Below, one piece after another: positions 39,723 through 54,855 of a DNA stretch of 64,000 bases; the stretch's first letter is position 1, and the number at the start of each line of letters is the position of its first letter. The notes beneath the pieces are model-generated. The model was not told the origin of the DNA. It ran no database searches and worked only from the letters and a program-made list of their open reading frames with translations. Source of the DNA: Eledone cirrhosa (taxonomy: Eukaryota); the NCBI GenBank assembly GCA_964016885.1, contig OZ024740.1, positions 432,574,001 through 432,638,000 on the forward strand, read 5' to 3'. Made by a program: the position numbers and the translations under genes.

Positions 39723-40412
39723 TATATATATTGTTTTCTATACCTTTCATTTATATATTTATACTCGGATTTCTTTCCTAGAGGGCTTAAATTATTTGTG
39801 ACTAATCCCGGTATTTTTTTATAAAAAACCGCGATAATATTGCTTTTTGCTGAACTCCTTATTGTAGAGTTTTTTTTCGGAATGTATTTTGACTGTTGTT
39901 TCTTGTAAACAAACATTCATCTCATTCTGACGTCACCAGCCCTGTCCTTCCACATGTGCGTTTTATTTTTCATAATCACGCATGATGGTGAACTAGCCTG
40001 TTTTAAATTCCCTTTTTGGCATATTAATCTGTGAGAATTTTGGTTATCGAGTTGAGCTCTGCTGAGGATCGAATTCCAACCGTGACCATCTCCACTGAAA
40101 GTTTTCGTGAAATAGTCTTTAAGACTATACAGAGCATTTGAAGTTTTTCCAAATTGAAGGATGAGTATTTTAAACTTTATTTTATCATGAGTTAAGGCTC
40201 TATTGATTTTTCCCTGGATTTCACTAAATTCTGTGGAGGAATCTATATCCTGATTCTCTTTGAGATGAGTTTGAATTATTTTTCCCACATCTTACGTTAA
40301 CTATTTTTCCCACATCTTACGTTAACTATTTTTCCCATTTTGACGCTATAGTCACTTATATATTATGGAATACTGTTGGCTTTTTGCCACAATGTTTTCT
40401 ATACCTTTCATT

Positions 40413-40445
<33 letters not shown>

Positions 40446-41799
40446 TAGTGTGTGTATACATATACACACATGCACATATATATATATGTGCATGTGTGTT
40501 ATATGAGTGGCCCACCAAACCTGAACTATCTTGGGTCTCCAGATATATATATATATGCACATGTATGTTGTTATATGAGTGATGAACTGGGGTTGATTTA
40601 GTCAACCTCCCCTCCTCCAAATTGTTGGCCTTGTACCTCAATCAGAAACCACTGTTAAGTTTTCATAGGTTGTTGGATTGACAGAGTTAGAACAATGGAC
40701 ACCAAGTATCTCTTCTGGCTCTTTACATTCTCAGTTCAAATCTGGCTGAGGTCAACTTTTCCTTTCATTCTTCAGAGGTCAATAAAATAAAGTACCAGTC
40801 ATGTACTGGTGTCTATATAATTGACTTTTTCTTCCCCACCAAAATTAGAAATCATTGTTACCTCTCCAGAAAAGAAGGGACTTCATTGCATTTGCTGAAT
40901 AGCATAGAGTTTGACAAGATCCCAGATTCCCTTAGCAAGTGGGGTGGAATTTGTCAAATAGGACCAATGAAACAATGTTTCCACTGGTCTTTCTATTCCT
41001 CATACTATCTAACTAACTCCTTTGCTGAAGTAGTGATGAAATTATGCAGAAATCTCTACATTGGTAATGTGTGAAATAGATTTGGAGGAGATGCCATATA
41101 ATAAACAATAGTTACCCCTCTTAGACCTGGGACCTTGGGTCTAACTTTCCCCTTCACTTGGGCTTCAGAACAAAAACATAAATAGTTGCATACACAACTC
41201 AAGAATAATGATTGCAGGTAAACTAAAAGACAGAACCAATACAAGGTGCAGTAAATGTGTCTACCACCCCTCACCTAGATTTCCACAATCTCCACCCCGA
41301 CCAGTAACAGCTGTGTGATGGCTACATTGTATTTATTCACCTGAATCACCACTTTCCTCACCCCTTTCACAAGTTCCATTGTCCGAATAACTTTCACTGT
41401 CTGTATAAAGGTAAACTTGTAGAAATTCTTGCTCACTCTCTGCCAAAGAATACTTGTAAATATCAATGATAATTTCCTCAACTAGACGAAGTGCTGGCTT
41501 CATCACATGCACGTTTCATCACAAAGGAAAAGAAATCCTTTTTTTTTTCTGTTATGAACCAAAGTAAAGAACAGCGCTAGGTGATGCCATAAACACATGT
41601 AACTACAAAGTGGTTGGTTGTCTATTTTTACTGTTTTATCTTTTGTTTTCTTCATGTGTTGAAGAATCTGGTAGAGATTACAAGAATCTGGTAGAGATTA
41701 CATTTAGGCTATTACCACTATAACAGGAATAAGGCGTGACAGGGTTAAGTTACCGTTTTTGCATACAAACATTAAAAAACCAACAGAAGACATATTTTT

Positions 41800-41990
41800 A
41801 AATAATTGTTTCTACTTTAGGCACAAGGCCAGCAATTACCCAGTGCATTACTGGTACTTTATTTTATCGACCCCGTAAGGATGAAAGGCAAAGTCAACCT
41901 TAGCGGGATTTGAACTCAGATCGTAAAGGGACATAACTATGCTGGAAAGCATGGCGTCTGACCCTCTACCGACAGTGCCAATCCACAAAT
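41800..41990 (-). mobile_element. Meta-domain-like tRNA SINE
   Basis: Near copy of 24755-24945. Confidence 0.8.
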
Positions 41991-42179
41991 TGTTTCTCCA
42001 CAAATAATAATAGTTATCGAGTAGTATGGTGTTTTTTTCATCATCAAATCATTTCTACTTAGTTTAACTATGTTAACATGAACTTAACTATTGTTTTTTG
42101 TGCAGATGGCATCTCTAAATAAGTTATTTTCTTGACATTCTAGAATAGTTGAGGTTTCCTAATAATATAATTAACTTAC

Positions 42180-42291
42180 TGTGGTTGTTTCAAGATTTGA
42201 CTCTACTTGTTGAATGATCTTCTCAAGGTCTTCCGTTTCTTCTTTTTCACGTTTCTGTTTTTCTTCCATTTCTTTCAGAACTTTGTTGACC
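42180..42291 (-). CDS. ENTR1: ENTR1/SDCCAG3-like coding exon (coiled coil)
   Basis: ctatAG acceptor and GTAAGT donor; encodes VNKVLKEMEEKQKREKEETEDLEKIIQQVESNLETTT (remembered human KEESDYHDLESVVQQVEQNLELMT). Confidence 0.8.
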
Positions 42292-43028
42292 CTATAGATG
42301 ATATAACTCACATTAATATTCCACAACACCCTATAGATGATATAACTCACATTAATATTCCACAACACCCTCCAGATGATATAACTCACATTAATATTCC
42401 ACAACACCCTACAGATGATATAACACATTAATATTCCACAACACCCTCCAGATGATATAACACATTAATATTCCACAACACCCTCCAGATGATATAACTC
42501 ATTAATATTCCACAACACCCTACAGATGATATAACACATTAATATTCCACAACACCCTCCAGATGATATAACTCATTAATATTCCACAACACCCTATAGA
42601 TGATATAACACACATTAATATTACACAACACCCTACAGATGATATAACACATTAATATTCCACAACACCCTCCAGATGATATAACTCATTAATATTCCAC
42701 AACACCCTATAGATGATATAACACACATTAATATTCCACAACACCCTACAGATGATATAACACATTAATATTCCACAACACCCTCCAGATGATATAACTC
42801 ATTAATATTCCACAACACCCTATAGATGATATAACACACATTAATATTCCACAACACCCTACAGATGATATAACACATTAATATTCCACAACACCCTCCA
42901 GATGATATAACTCATTAATATTCCACAACACCCTATAGATGATATAACACACATTAATATTACACAACACCCTACAGATGATATAACACATTAATATTCC
43001 ACAACACCCTACAGATGATATAACTCAA
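42289..43028. repeat. 38-40-bp minisatellite built from the exon's splice acceptor region
   Basis: (ccctaYagatgatataacWcacattaatattccacaaca)n, about 19 units. Confidence 0.93.
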
Positions 43029-43614
43029 ATTAACTCCTAACATGATGTACCACATGAAACCACATTAGGAAGACACTCTTAAATTGAAAAACTATGACTG
43101 AACCACATTTAAAAAATGGCAAATTATTGCAACAACTTTCTGTTCACAAATAGAGATGCTATAAACATTTGAATCAACAAACTTTTTTCTTTCACATGAT
43201 GATAAGCTGATGTAAGAGCCTCAATGTGGTCACTCAAACTGTTAGAAACAAGAGCCAAATCACACCCTAATGTCTTAAAGCAGGAAGGACACATTGAACA
43301 AATGTAATCTTAGATATACAAAAGAACAGAAAACCACAGCTGAAATGTCTTTGATAATAGGTAGAGTGTCGGACAATATGTAGCTTGTGGTGTCTTAGAC
43401 ACTTATTAAGACCATCACTTATTACAATGATAGGACAGTGGAGTGTCGGACAAGATGATTTGTAGTATTTATTGCAACTTTCTCTGTTCTAAGTTCAAAT
43501 CCCACTGAGGTCAACTTTGCTTTTCATCCTTCCGAGGTCAATAAAGTACCAGTCATGTATTGTGATTGATGTAATCGACCCTGTTCCTTAATTAGAAACC
43601 CTAACTACAGTAAT

Positions 43615-43808
43615 ATAATTGTTTCTACTTTTGGCACAAGGCCAGCAATTTTCCCAGTACATTACTGGTACTTTATTTTATCGACCCTGTAAGGATGAAA
43701 GGCAAAGTTAACCTCGGTGGGATTTGAACTCAGAATGGCAAGGGCCGTAACTCTATGCTACAAACATGGCATCCGACCCTCTACCAATACTGCCAATCCA
43801 CTGCCCAT
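43615..43808 (-). mobile_element. Meta-domain-like tRNA SINE
   Basis: Copy of the 24755-24945 family. Confidence 0.8.
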
Positions 43809-44199
43809 ATAATACAGTAATATAATACAGTCTATGTTAGACAGAACAATGACCATTTCTCCCTTACATTTCATTATTATTGAAATAAGATGAGTGGATG
43901 TTTAACCCATGCTAGTGTGAAAGAATGGACGTTGAACGATGATGAATAATAACAAAATATTAATATTTCTTACCAGAAATGGTTAAATATAAAAATACAG
44001 AAAAATTAACAAATTTTTTCAATAAGAACTAAGATCTAATATAAAACCTTATCAGAGTTATTAAAACTGAAGATATTGAGCTCTAATTAAGGAGGAACAT
44101 TTCAGATAGATTTTCTTTCCTTGATTGGTTTTTACATTATGAAATAATGTTGAGGATATTTTGTTCTATTCTAAAACAAACTATTTACATAAAAGCTGA

Positions 44200-44695
44200 T
44201 TATGAACACCTTTTTGATTCCCTGTGTCTAACACACATGGGCATGCCAACAAAGTCAGAAAACAGCACAGCTCCCATGACTTTTGGAAACAATTTTTTTA
44301 CGCTCAGATTTGCTAAAGCATGGAACAAACTCCCTGAATCAGTTGTTAGCTGTCAAGACACTACTTCCTTTAAAACCTCCATGGAACAAACTACCTACAT
44401 CAGTTGTTAGCTGTCAAGACACTACTTCCTTTAAAACCTCCATGGAACAAACTACCTGCACCAGTTGTTAGCTGTCAAGACACTACTTCCTTTAAAACCT
44501 CCATGCTTCCTGAGATTCGCCAACACTATACCTGATGTCCCCCCTCCATATACACACACACATGTATTTCATGACTCGTAAACTGTTCATTTTCCTGAAA
44601 TTTGTACATTATTCTATGTACTATACATGCACCTTAGATGAGTTGTAGTGCACCGGAGCATATGTACCCTATAATTTCATTATTATTATTATTAT
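44200..44695 (+). mobile_element. CR1-like LINE 3' remnant with an internal 60-bp triplication
   Basis: NFFTLRFAKAWNKLPESVVSCQDTTSFK is a CR1-type C-terminus; (ATT)n tail. Confidence 0.7.
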
Positions 44696-44974
44696 ATACT
44701 ACTAGGAGCAACCAACTTTCATCATCATCATCATGGTTTAATGTCTATTTTCCACACTAGAATGGGTTAGATGGGTTTGTCCCATTAGAGGTAAGTTGGG
44801 TCAGGTGACTGTCTTGCTCATATATAACACTAATCTATATTATAATAAGAGCACTGTCCGTCTGTCACACTCACTATGTAGAGTGGGGGGGGGGGACCAA
44901 GAGAGAGAGAGAGAGATAGAGAGAGAGTGGGAGAGGGAGTAGATGATGTCGCTCTCATCTAGTATATTACAATA

Positions 44975-46100
44975 TAAAACTACTATATATATATATAACA
45001 CTACTATATATATAACACTACTATATATATAACACTACTATATATATATAACACTACTATATATATATATAACACTACTATATATATAACACTACTATAT
45101 ATATATATAACACTACTATATATATAACACTACTATATATATAACACTACTATATATATAACACTACTATATATATATATATATATAACACTACTATATA
45201 TATATAACACTACTATATATATAACACTACTATATATATAACACTACTATATATATATAACACTACTATATATATATAACACTACTATATATATATATAA
45301 CACTACTATATATATATAACACTACTATATATATAACACTACTATATATATAACACTACTATATATATAACACTACTATATATATAACACTACTATATAT
45401 ACATAACACTACTATATATATATATAACACTACAATATATATATATAACACTACTATATATATATATAACACTACTATATATATATATAACACTACTATA
45501 TATATATATAACACTACTATATATATATATAACACTACTATATATATATAACACTACTATATATATATAACACTACTATATATATATATAACACTACTAT
45601 ATATATATAACACTACTATATATATAACACTACTATATATATAACACTACTATATATATATATAACACTACTATATATATATATATAACACTACTATATA
45701 TATATATAACACTACTATATATATATATAACACTACGATATATATATAACACTACTATATACATAACACTACTATATATATATAACACTACTATATACAT
45801 AACACTACTATATATACATAACACTACTATATATACATAACACTACTATATATATATAACACTACTATATATATATAAAACTACTATATATATATAAAAC
45901 TAATATATATATATATAACACTATAATATATATATATAACACTATAATATATATATATAACACTACAATATATATATATAACACTACAATATATATATAT
46001 AACACTACTATATATATATATAACACTACTATATATATATAAAACTACTATATATATATATAACACTACTATATATATATAACACTACTATATATATATA
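44975..46100. repeat. (AACACTAC(TA)n) satellite, first block
   Basis: Seen directly; the same satellite recurs to the window end. Confidence 0.95.
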
Positions 46101-48703
46101 CTAGCAGTAAAGCCCGGCGTTGCTCGGGGTCGCTCAGTAGCTGTGTTAAAGTTACAATGTTAAGTTTCTTTTTTGGCTTAAAAACTGTAGTGTCTACTGT
46201 GCAGACTTGCATGTGGTGTTTTTGATTAATATTCCCTCAACCAACAATATGCCTTATGAAGTTAAGAAAACATAACGATAACCCGAATGTTATAACAAAA
46301 GAGGATGCTGGGGATAGAAACTGCACTGGTTATTTATTAACAAAGATCGAAAATGTAAACACTGCAACGCAGAGAAAAACAACGTAAGACGCTCAATGTA
46401 AACAGAACAAAGGGAAATAACTCGTCACTTACGCTCAAAAATCGATACATTAGATTCGATATGGTCACATAGAGTGGGTCAATTTGAAATATTTTTTTTC
46501 CGATGTCTTCGCTAGGGCTCAATGTACAAGTATAGCAATTTCGGTGCAATTCCGTCAGAGATTCTAAGAGGAGATGTGTGCCAAAAATCGATAGACAGAC
46601 AGACAACCACAGCTTTAAGGGAAATAACTCGTCACTTACGCTCAAAAATCGATACATTAGGTTCGATTTCGTCACATAGGGTGGGTCAATTTGAAATATT
46701 ATTTTTCCGATGTCTTCGCTAGGGCTCAATGTACAAGTATAGCAATTTCGGTGCAATTCCGTCAGAGATTCTAAGAGGAGATGTGTGCCAAAAATCGATA
46801 GACAGACAGACAACCACAGCTTTAAGGGAAATAACTCGTCACTTACGCTCAAAAATCGATACATTAGATTCGATTTCGTCACATAGGGTGGGTCAATTTG
46901 AAATATTTTTTTTCCGATGTCTTCGCTAGGGCTCAATGTACAAGTATAGCAATTTCGGTGCGATTCCGTCAGAGATTCTAAGAGGAGATGTGTGCCAAAA
47001 ATCGATAGACAGACAGACTCGCACTCATAGCTGAATCTATGGTAGAACTAGAGAATAAATTCCAAACCTGGAAGCAGGGACTAGAGAGAAAGGGCCTCAA
47101 AGTCAACATGACAAAGACTAAGGTCCTTATAAGTAGACGAGAAAACAGAACCCAGATCCCCTCAGGGAAATGGCCTTGCTCAGTATGTAGGAAAGGTGTA
47201 GGTAGGAACTCCATTCTCTGCCCCAAATGCAAACAATGGGTACACAAGATATGTAGCGGGATCTCAGGAAGCTTAATTAAGAATGTAGGATTCACATGCA
47301 GCAGCTGTGCTGAAACAGCAAGCAAACAGCCACAGGAAACAAGTACCACCAATCTCTGGGAGGGCCCTGTAGAAACAGTAGACAGCTTCTGCTACCTAGG
47401 TGACCGAATTAGCAACGGAGGTGGGTGCTCAGAAAGTACAATAACTAGGGTAAGAACGGGATGGAAGAAGTTTAGGGAACTACTACCACTGCTAGCTGCA
47501 AAAGGCTTCTCCCTCAGAATGAAAGGCAGACTGTATGATGCGTGTATCCGAACAGCGATGTTGCATGGTAGTGAGACCTGGGCACTGAAGGTGGAAGACT
47601 TACATAGATTAGAGAGAAACGAAGCCTGCATGCTCCGATGGATGTGTAACAGTAATATACGTGAACGACAAAGCATAAAGGAATTGAGAGAGAGACTGAG
47701 CATAAGAGGAATCAAATGCTGCGTGCAGGAGAGGCGGTTACGCTGGTATGGACATGTGATGCGTATGAAGGATGACAGCTGCATAAAAAGGTGCAGAGCA
47801 CTAGAAGTTGATGGAAACCGCGGAGTGGGGAGACCCAAGATGACTTGGGATGAGGTGATAAAAGCCGACCTTACCCAACTACACCTCTCAAAGTCAATGA
47901 CACACGACCGTGACTTCTGGCGTCACGCAGTAATACAGGGTACCCGACCTCCCATGGGTACATGCTGAAGCATATAAACAATATGCCCCCCCCCCCACCG
48001 CAAGGTGGTCGTGGAGGTGCCACGGCAAAAAAGCACCCAGCCCACACTGTAAAGTGGACGTGTAGGCGCCACGAAAAAGCACCCAGCACTCACTGTAAAT
48101 GAGGTTGGTGTTAGGAAGGGCATCCAGCTGTAGAAATCAAGCCAGATCAGTTCCTGTATGAGCAAGGCATGGTCAGCCGACCAGACACTGCCCACAACAG
48201 GACAACCCGTCTAACCCATGCTAGCGTGGAAGAACGGACGTAAAACGGTGATGATGATGATGATGACAACCACAGCTTTAAGGGAAATAACTCGTCACTT
48301 ACGCTCAAAAATCGATACATTAGATTCGATTTCGTCACATAGGGTGGGTCAATTTGAAATATTTTTTTCCGATGTCTTCGCTAGAGCTCAATGTACAAGT
48401 ATAGCAATTTCGGTGCAATTCCGTCAGAGATTCTAAGAGGAGATGTGTACCAAAAATCGATAGACAGACAGACAACCACAGCTTTAAGGGAAATAACTCG
48501 TCACTTACGCTAAAAAATCGATACATTAGATTCGATTTCGTCACATAGGGTGGGTCAGTTTGAAATATTTTTTTTCCGATGTCTTCGCTAGGGCTCAATG
48601 TACAAGTATAGCAATTTCGGTGCAATTCCGTCAGAGATTCTAAGAGGAGATGTGTGCCAAAAATCGATAGACAGACAGACAACCACAGCTTTATATATAT
48701 AGA
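46101..48703 (-). mobile_element. Non-autonomous Helitron with 207-bp internal tandem repeats and a nested RTE
   Basis: On - strand, 5' TCTATATATATAAAGCTGTGGTTGTCTGTCTGTCT; 3' hairpin CCCGAGCAACGCCGGG followed by CTAG|T. Confidence 0.8.
47018..48264 (+). mobile_element. 5'-truncated RTE LINE (second subfamily) nested in the Helitron repeat
   Basis: ORF 47039-47968 with PHD-like finger and RTE C-terminus; (GAT)n tail; the 207-bp unit resumes after it. Confidence 0.93.
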
Positions 48704-49171
48704 AAACACTACTATATATATATATAACACTACTATATATATATATAACACTACTATATATATATATAACACTGCTATATATATAACACTACTATATATA
48801 TATAACACTACTATATATATATATAAAACTACGATATATATATCACTACTATATATATATATGTAACACTACTATATATATATAACACTACTATATATAT
48901 ATATAACACTACTATATATATATATAACACTACTATATATATATATAACACTACTATATATATATAACACTACTATATATATATATATAACACTACTATA
49001 TATATAACACTACTATATATATATATAACACTACTATATATATATATAACACTACTATATATATATAACACTACTATATATATATATATATATATATAAC
49101 ACTACTATATATATATATATATATAACACTACTATATAAATATATAAGATTACTATATATATATATAACAC

Positions 49172-49205
<34 letters not shown>

Positions 49206-52200
49206 CACTACTATATATATATATATATAACACTACTATATATATATATAAGATTACTATATATATATATATATAACACTACTATATATATATATAACAC
49301 TACTATATATATATATATAACTACTATATATATATATATAACACTACTATATATATATATAACACTACTATATATATATATAGCACTACTATGTATATAT
49401 ATAGCACTACTATGTATATATATAGCACTACTATATATATATATAGCACTACTATATATATATAGCACTACTATATATATATAACATTACTATATATATA
49501 TATATAACACTATATATATATATATAACACTACTATATATATATAAAACTACTATATATATATAAAACTACTATATATATAACACTATGTATATATATAT
49601 AACACTACTATATTTATATAACACTACGATATATATATAACAGTACTATATATATATATAACACTACTATATATATAACACTACTGTATATATATAACAC
49701 TACTATATATATATAACACTACTATATATATATAACACTACTATATATATAACACTACTATATATATATATATAACTCTACTATATATATATAACTCTAC
49801 TATGTATATATATATAACACTACTATATTTATATAACACTACGATATATATATAACAGTACTATATATATATATAACACTACTATATATATAACACTACT
49901 GTATATATATAACACTACTATATATATATATAACACTACTATATATATAACACTACTATATATATAACACTACTATATATATAACACTACTATATATATA
50001 TAACTCTACTATATATATATAACTCTACTATATATATATATATATATATATATAACTCTACTATATATATATATATATATATATAACTCTACTATATATA
50101 TATAACACTACTATGTATATAACACTACTATGTATATAACACTACTAAGTATATAACACTATATATATATAACACTACTATATATATATATAACACTATA
50201 TATATGTAACACTACTATATACATATAACACTACTATATATATATGACACTACTATATATATATGACACTACTATATATATATAACACTACTATATATAT
50301 ATAACACTACTATATATATATAACACTACTATATATATAACACTACTATATATATATAACACTACTATATATATATAACCCTACTATAAATAACACTACT
50401 GTATATATATATAACCCTACTATTTATATATATAACACTACTATATATATATATAACACTACTATATATATATATAACACTACTATATATATATATAACA
50501 CTATATATATATATATATAACACTACTATATATATCTAAAACTGCCATATATATATAAAACTACTATATATATAACACTATGTATATATATATAACACTA
50601 CTATATTTATATAACACTACTATATATATATAACAGTACTATATATATATATATATAACACTACTATATATATATATAACACTACTGTATATATATAACA
50701 CTACTATATATATAACACTACTATATATATAACACTACTATATATATAACACTACTATATATATATATAACACTACTATATATATATAACACTACTATAT
50801 ATATATAACACTACTATGTATATAACACTACTATGTATATAACACTACTATGTATATAACACTATATATGTATAACACTACTATATATATATATATATAA
50901 CACTATATATATGTAACACTACTATATATATATAACACTACTATATATATATATGACACTACTATATATATATATGACACTACTATATATATATAACACT
51001 ACTATATATATATAACACTACTATATATATATAACACTACTATATATATATAACACTACTATATATATATATAACAATACTATATATATATAACACTACT
51101 ATATATATAACACTACTATATATATAACACTACTATATATATAACACTACTATATATATATATAACCCTACTATATATATATATATATAACCCTACTATA
51201 TATATATATATATAACCCTACTATATATATATATATAACCCTAATATAAATAACACTACTGTATATATATATAACCCTACTATTTATATATATAACACTA
51301 CTATATATATATAACACTACTATATATAACACTACTATATATATATATAACAATACTATATATATATATAACAATACTATATATATAACTCTACTATATA
51401 TATATATATAACACTACTATATATATATATATATATAACACTACTATATATATATATATAACACTACTATATATATAACACTACTATATATATATAACAC
51501 TACTATATATATATATATATAACACTACTATATATATATAACACTACTATATATATATATATATAACACTACTATATATATATATAACACTACTATATAT
51601 ATATATAGCACTAATATGTATATATATAGCACTACTATGTATATATATAGCACTACTATGTATATATATAGCACTACTATATATATATAACACTACTATA
51701 TATATATATATCACTACTATATATATATAAAACTACTATATATATAACACTATGTATATATATATAACACTACTATATTTATATAACACTACTATATATA
51801 TATAACAGTACTATATATATATATATATATATAACACTACTATATATATATATATATATATAACACTACTATATTTATATAACACTACTATATATATATA
51901 ACAGTACTATATATATATATATATATAACACTACTATATATATATATATATATATAACACTACTATATATATATATATAAAACTACTATATATATATATA
52001 TAAAACTACTATATATATATAAGACTACTATATATATAACTCTACTATATATATATATAACACTAGTATATATATATATAACTACTACATATATATATAT
52101 ACCACTACTATATATATATATAACACTACTATATATATATATATATAACACTACTATATATATATGACACTACTATATATATAACACTACTATATATATA

Positions 52201-52240
52201 TAACACTATATATATATATAACACTATATATATATAACAC

Positions 52241-52271
<31 letters not shown>

Positions 52272-53196
52272 ACATTACTATATATATATAACCCTACTAT
52301 ATATATATATAACCCTACTATATATATATATAACACTACTATATATATATATAACACTACTATATATATATAACACTACTATATATATACCACTACTATA
52401 TATATATACCACTACTATATATATACCACTACTATATATATATACCACTACTATATATATAACACTACTATATATATAACACTACTACATATATAACACT
52501 ACTACATATATATAACACTACTATATATATATAACACTACTATATATATATAACACTACTATATATATAACACTACCATATATATAACACTACCATATAT
52601 ATAACACTACTATATATATGTAACACAATTATATATATAACACAATTATATATATACCACTACTATATATATATACCACTACTATATATATATAACACTA
52701 TAATATATATATATAACACTACTATATATATATAACACTACTATATATATATAACACTACTATATATATATAACACTATATATATATATCACTATATATA
52801 TATAACACTATATATATATAACACTATATATATATATCACTACTATATATATATATAACACTAGTATATATATATAACCCTACTACATATATAACACTAT
52901 TATATATATAACACTACTATATATATAAAACTACTATATATATATAAAACTACTATATATATATATATAACACTACTATATATAGAACACTACTATATAT
53001 ATATATATAACACTATTATATATATATACATAACACTATTATATATATATACATAACACTACTATATATATATACATAACACTACTATATATATATACAT
53101 AACACTACTATATATATATATATAATACTACTATATATATATATAACTACTATATATATATATATAACACTACTATATATATATATATATATATAT
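48704..53196. repeat. (AACACTAC(TA)n) satellite, about 4.5 kb
   Basis: Seen directly. Confidence 0.97.
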
Positions 53197-54746
53197 CTTA
53201 GAAAACTAGGCGTTGACGAATGGCTTGTGAGGGCTATACAAGCCATGTATAAAGAAACAGTCAGCAAGGTTAGAATTAACAACGAATATAGTGAAGAGTT
53301 TAGCGTAAAAGTTGGCGTCCATCAGGGCTCTGTTCTCAGCCCACTACTATTTATTATTGCCCTTCAGGCTATAACAGAGGAGTTCAAGACAGGCTGCCCA
53401 TGGGAACTCCTATACGCAGACGACCTGACACTCATAGCAGAATCAATGGCCGAGCTAGAGAAGAAATTCCAAACATGGAAGCACGGCCTAGAGTCAAAAG
53501 GACTTAAAATTAACCTGGCTAAGACCAAAGTACTAGTTTGTAGGAAAGAAAACAAGGCGGCGGTCCCTTCTGGGAAATGGTCGTGCTCGGTGTGTAGGAA
53601 AGGCGTAGGTAGAAACTCCATTTTATGTCCTAAATGCAAAGTATGGGTGCATAAAAGATGTAGTGGGATCACAGGTAAGCTAACTAAGAACATAGATTTT
53701 ACATGTGGCCGGTGCTCTGGTGCAATAAGTAGCAGCAAGTGCCCACAAAATACTAGCTCTTTCAATTGCGCAGAGGGTTCTATAGAAATAGTGGACAGCT
53801 TCCGTTACCTGGGCGATAAAATCAGCAGTGGGGGAGGGTGCTCTGAAAGTACCGTAGCTAGAGTCAGAACTGGTTGGAAAAAGTTCAGAGAGCTTATACC
53901 ACTATTAGCTGCTAAAGGGTTCTCACTAAAAATGAAAGGCAGGTTGTACGATGCCTGCATACGAACAGCAATGCTGCATGGCAGTGAGACCTGGGCATTG
54001 TGTGCAGAGGATATACGCAGACTAGAGAGGAACGAAGCTTGCATGCTCCGCTGGATGTGTAACAGTAATATACGTGAACGGCAAAGCATAAATGAACTAA
54101 GGAAAAAATTAGAGATAAGAGGGATCAGATGTTGTTTACTCGAGAGAAGGCTACGTTGGTATGGACACGTGATGCGCATGAAAGTCGATAGCTGTATAAC
54201 AAAGTGCAGGGCAATAAAGATAGACGGTAGTCACGGAATAGGCAGACCTAGAAAAACCTGGGACGAGCTGATAAACTCCGACATCACACACTTACACCTC
54301 TCCAAGACAATGTCACTGGACCGAGACCTTTGGCGGTACTCAGTAACAGAGAAGACCCGCCTTACCTAAATATATAGTAAAACCTACTCCAGCCAGTAGG
54401 CATCTCTAACAAAATACACCCCGTCCCACCACCACCACCCCCACCCCATCCACACCACCCCGTTCTATGTAAAGTTATGTTGGTGCCGCGCCATCGAGGC
54501 CGAAACAAATGAGATCGTGTAGGTGTCACGACAAAAAAACACACATTCCACGCTGTAACGGTAAAAACCTCCCAGACCCACACTGTAAATGTGGTTGGTG
54601 TTAGGAAGGGCATCCAACTGTAGAAAACCTGCCAGACAGTCCTATGCGAGCAAGACAATCACTCTTGCCTCAAGTGGGACTACCCCCGTCCAAACCCATG
54701 CAAGCGTGGAACACGGACGTTAAACGTTGATGATGATGATGATGAT
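53197..54746 (+). mobile_element. 5'-truncated RTE LINE with an open 3' ORF
   Basis: ORF 53227-54369 (GVHQGSVLSPLLF, YADD, PHD-like finger); (GAT)n tail. Confidence 0.95.
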
Positions 54747-54855
54747 ATATATAACACTACTATATATATATATATATAAAACTACTATATATATATATAA
54801 CACTACTATATATATATATATATATATAACTCTACTATATATATATATATATAAC

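Noticed and set aside
41111-41747. Possible piggyBac-like remnant (ttacccct... / ...agggttaa ends); similar old fragments at ~2290-2430, 19130-19350 and 21895-22100
   Set aside because: Terminal repeats are too degenerate and there is no convincing transposase motif; cannot be supported without a library search
46337-46936. 199-aa ORF with 69-aa repeats
   Set aside because: By-product of the 207-bp (3x69) Helitron-internal tandem unit; no recognisable domain
30320-53196. Shared 9-mer TAGTAGTGT between the 27-bp satellite and the reverse strand of the AACACTAC(TA)n satellite
   Set aside because: Too short and low in complexity to infer common origin or a telomere-like role
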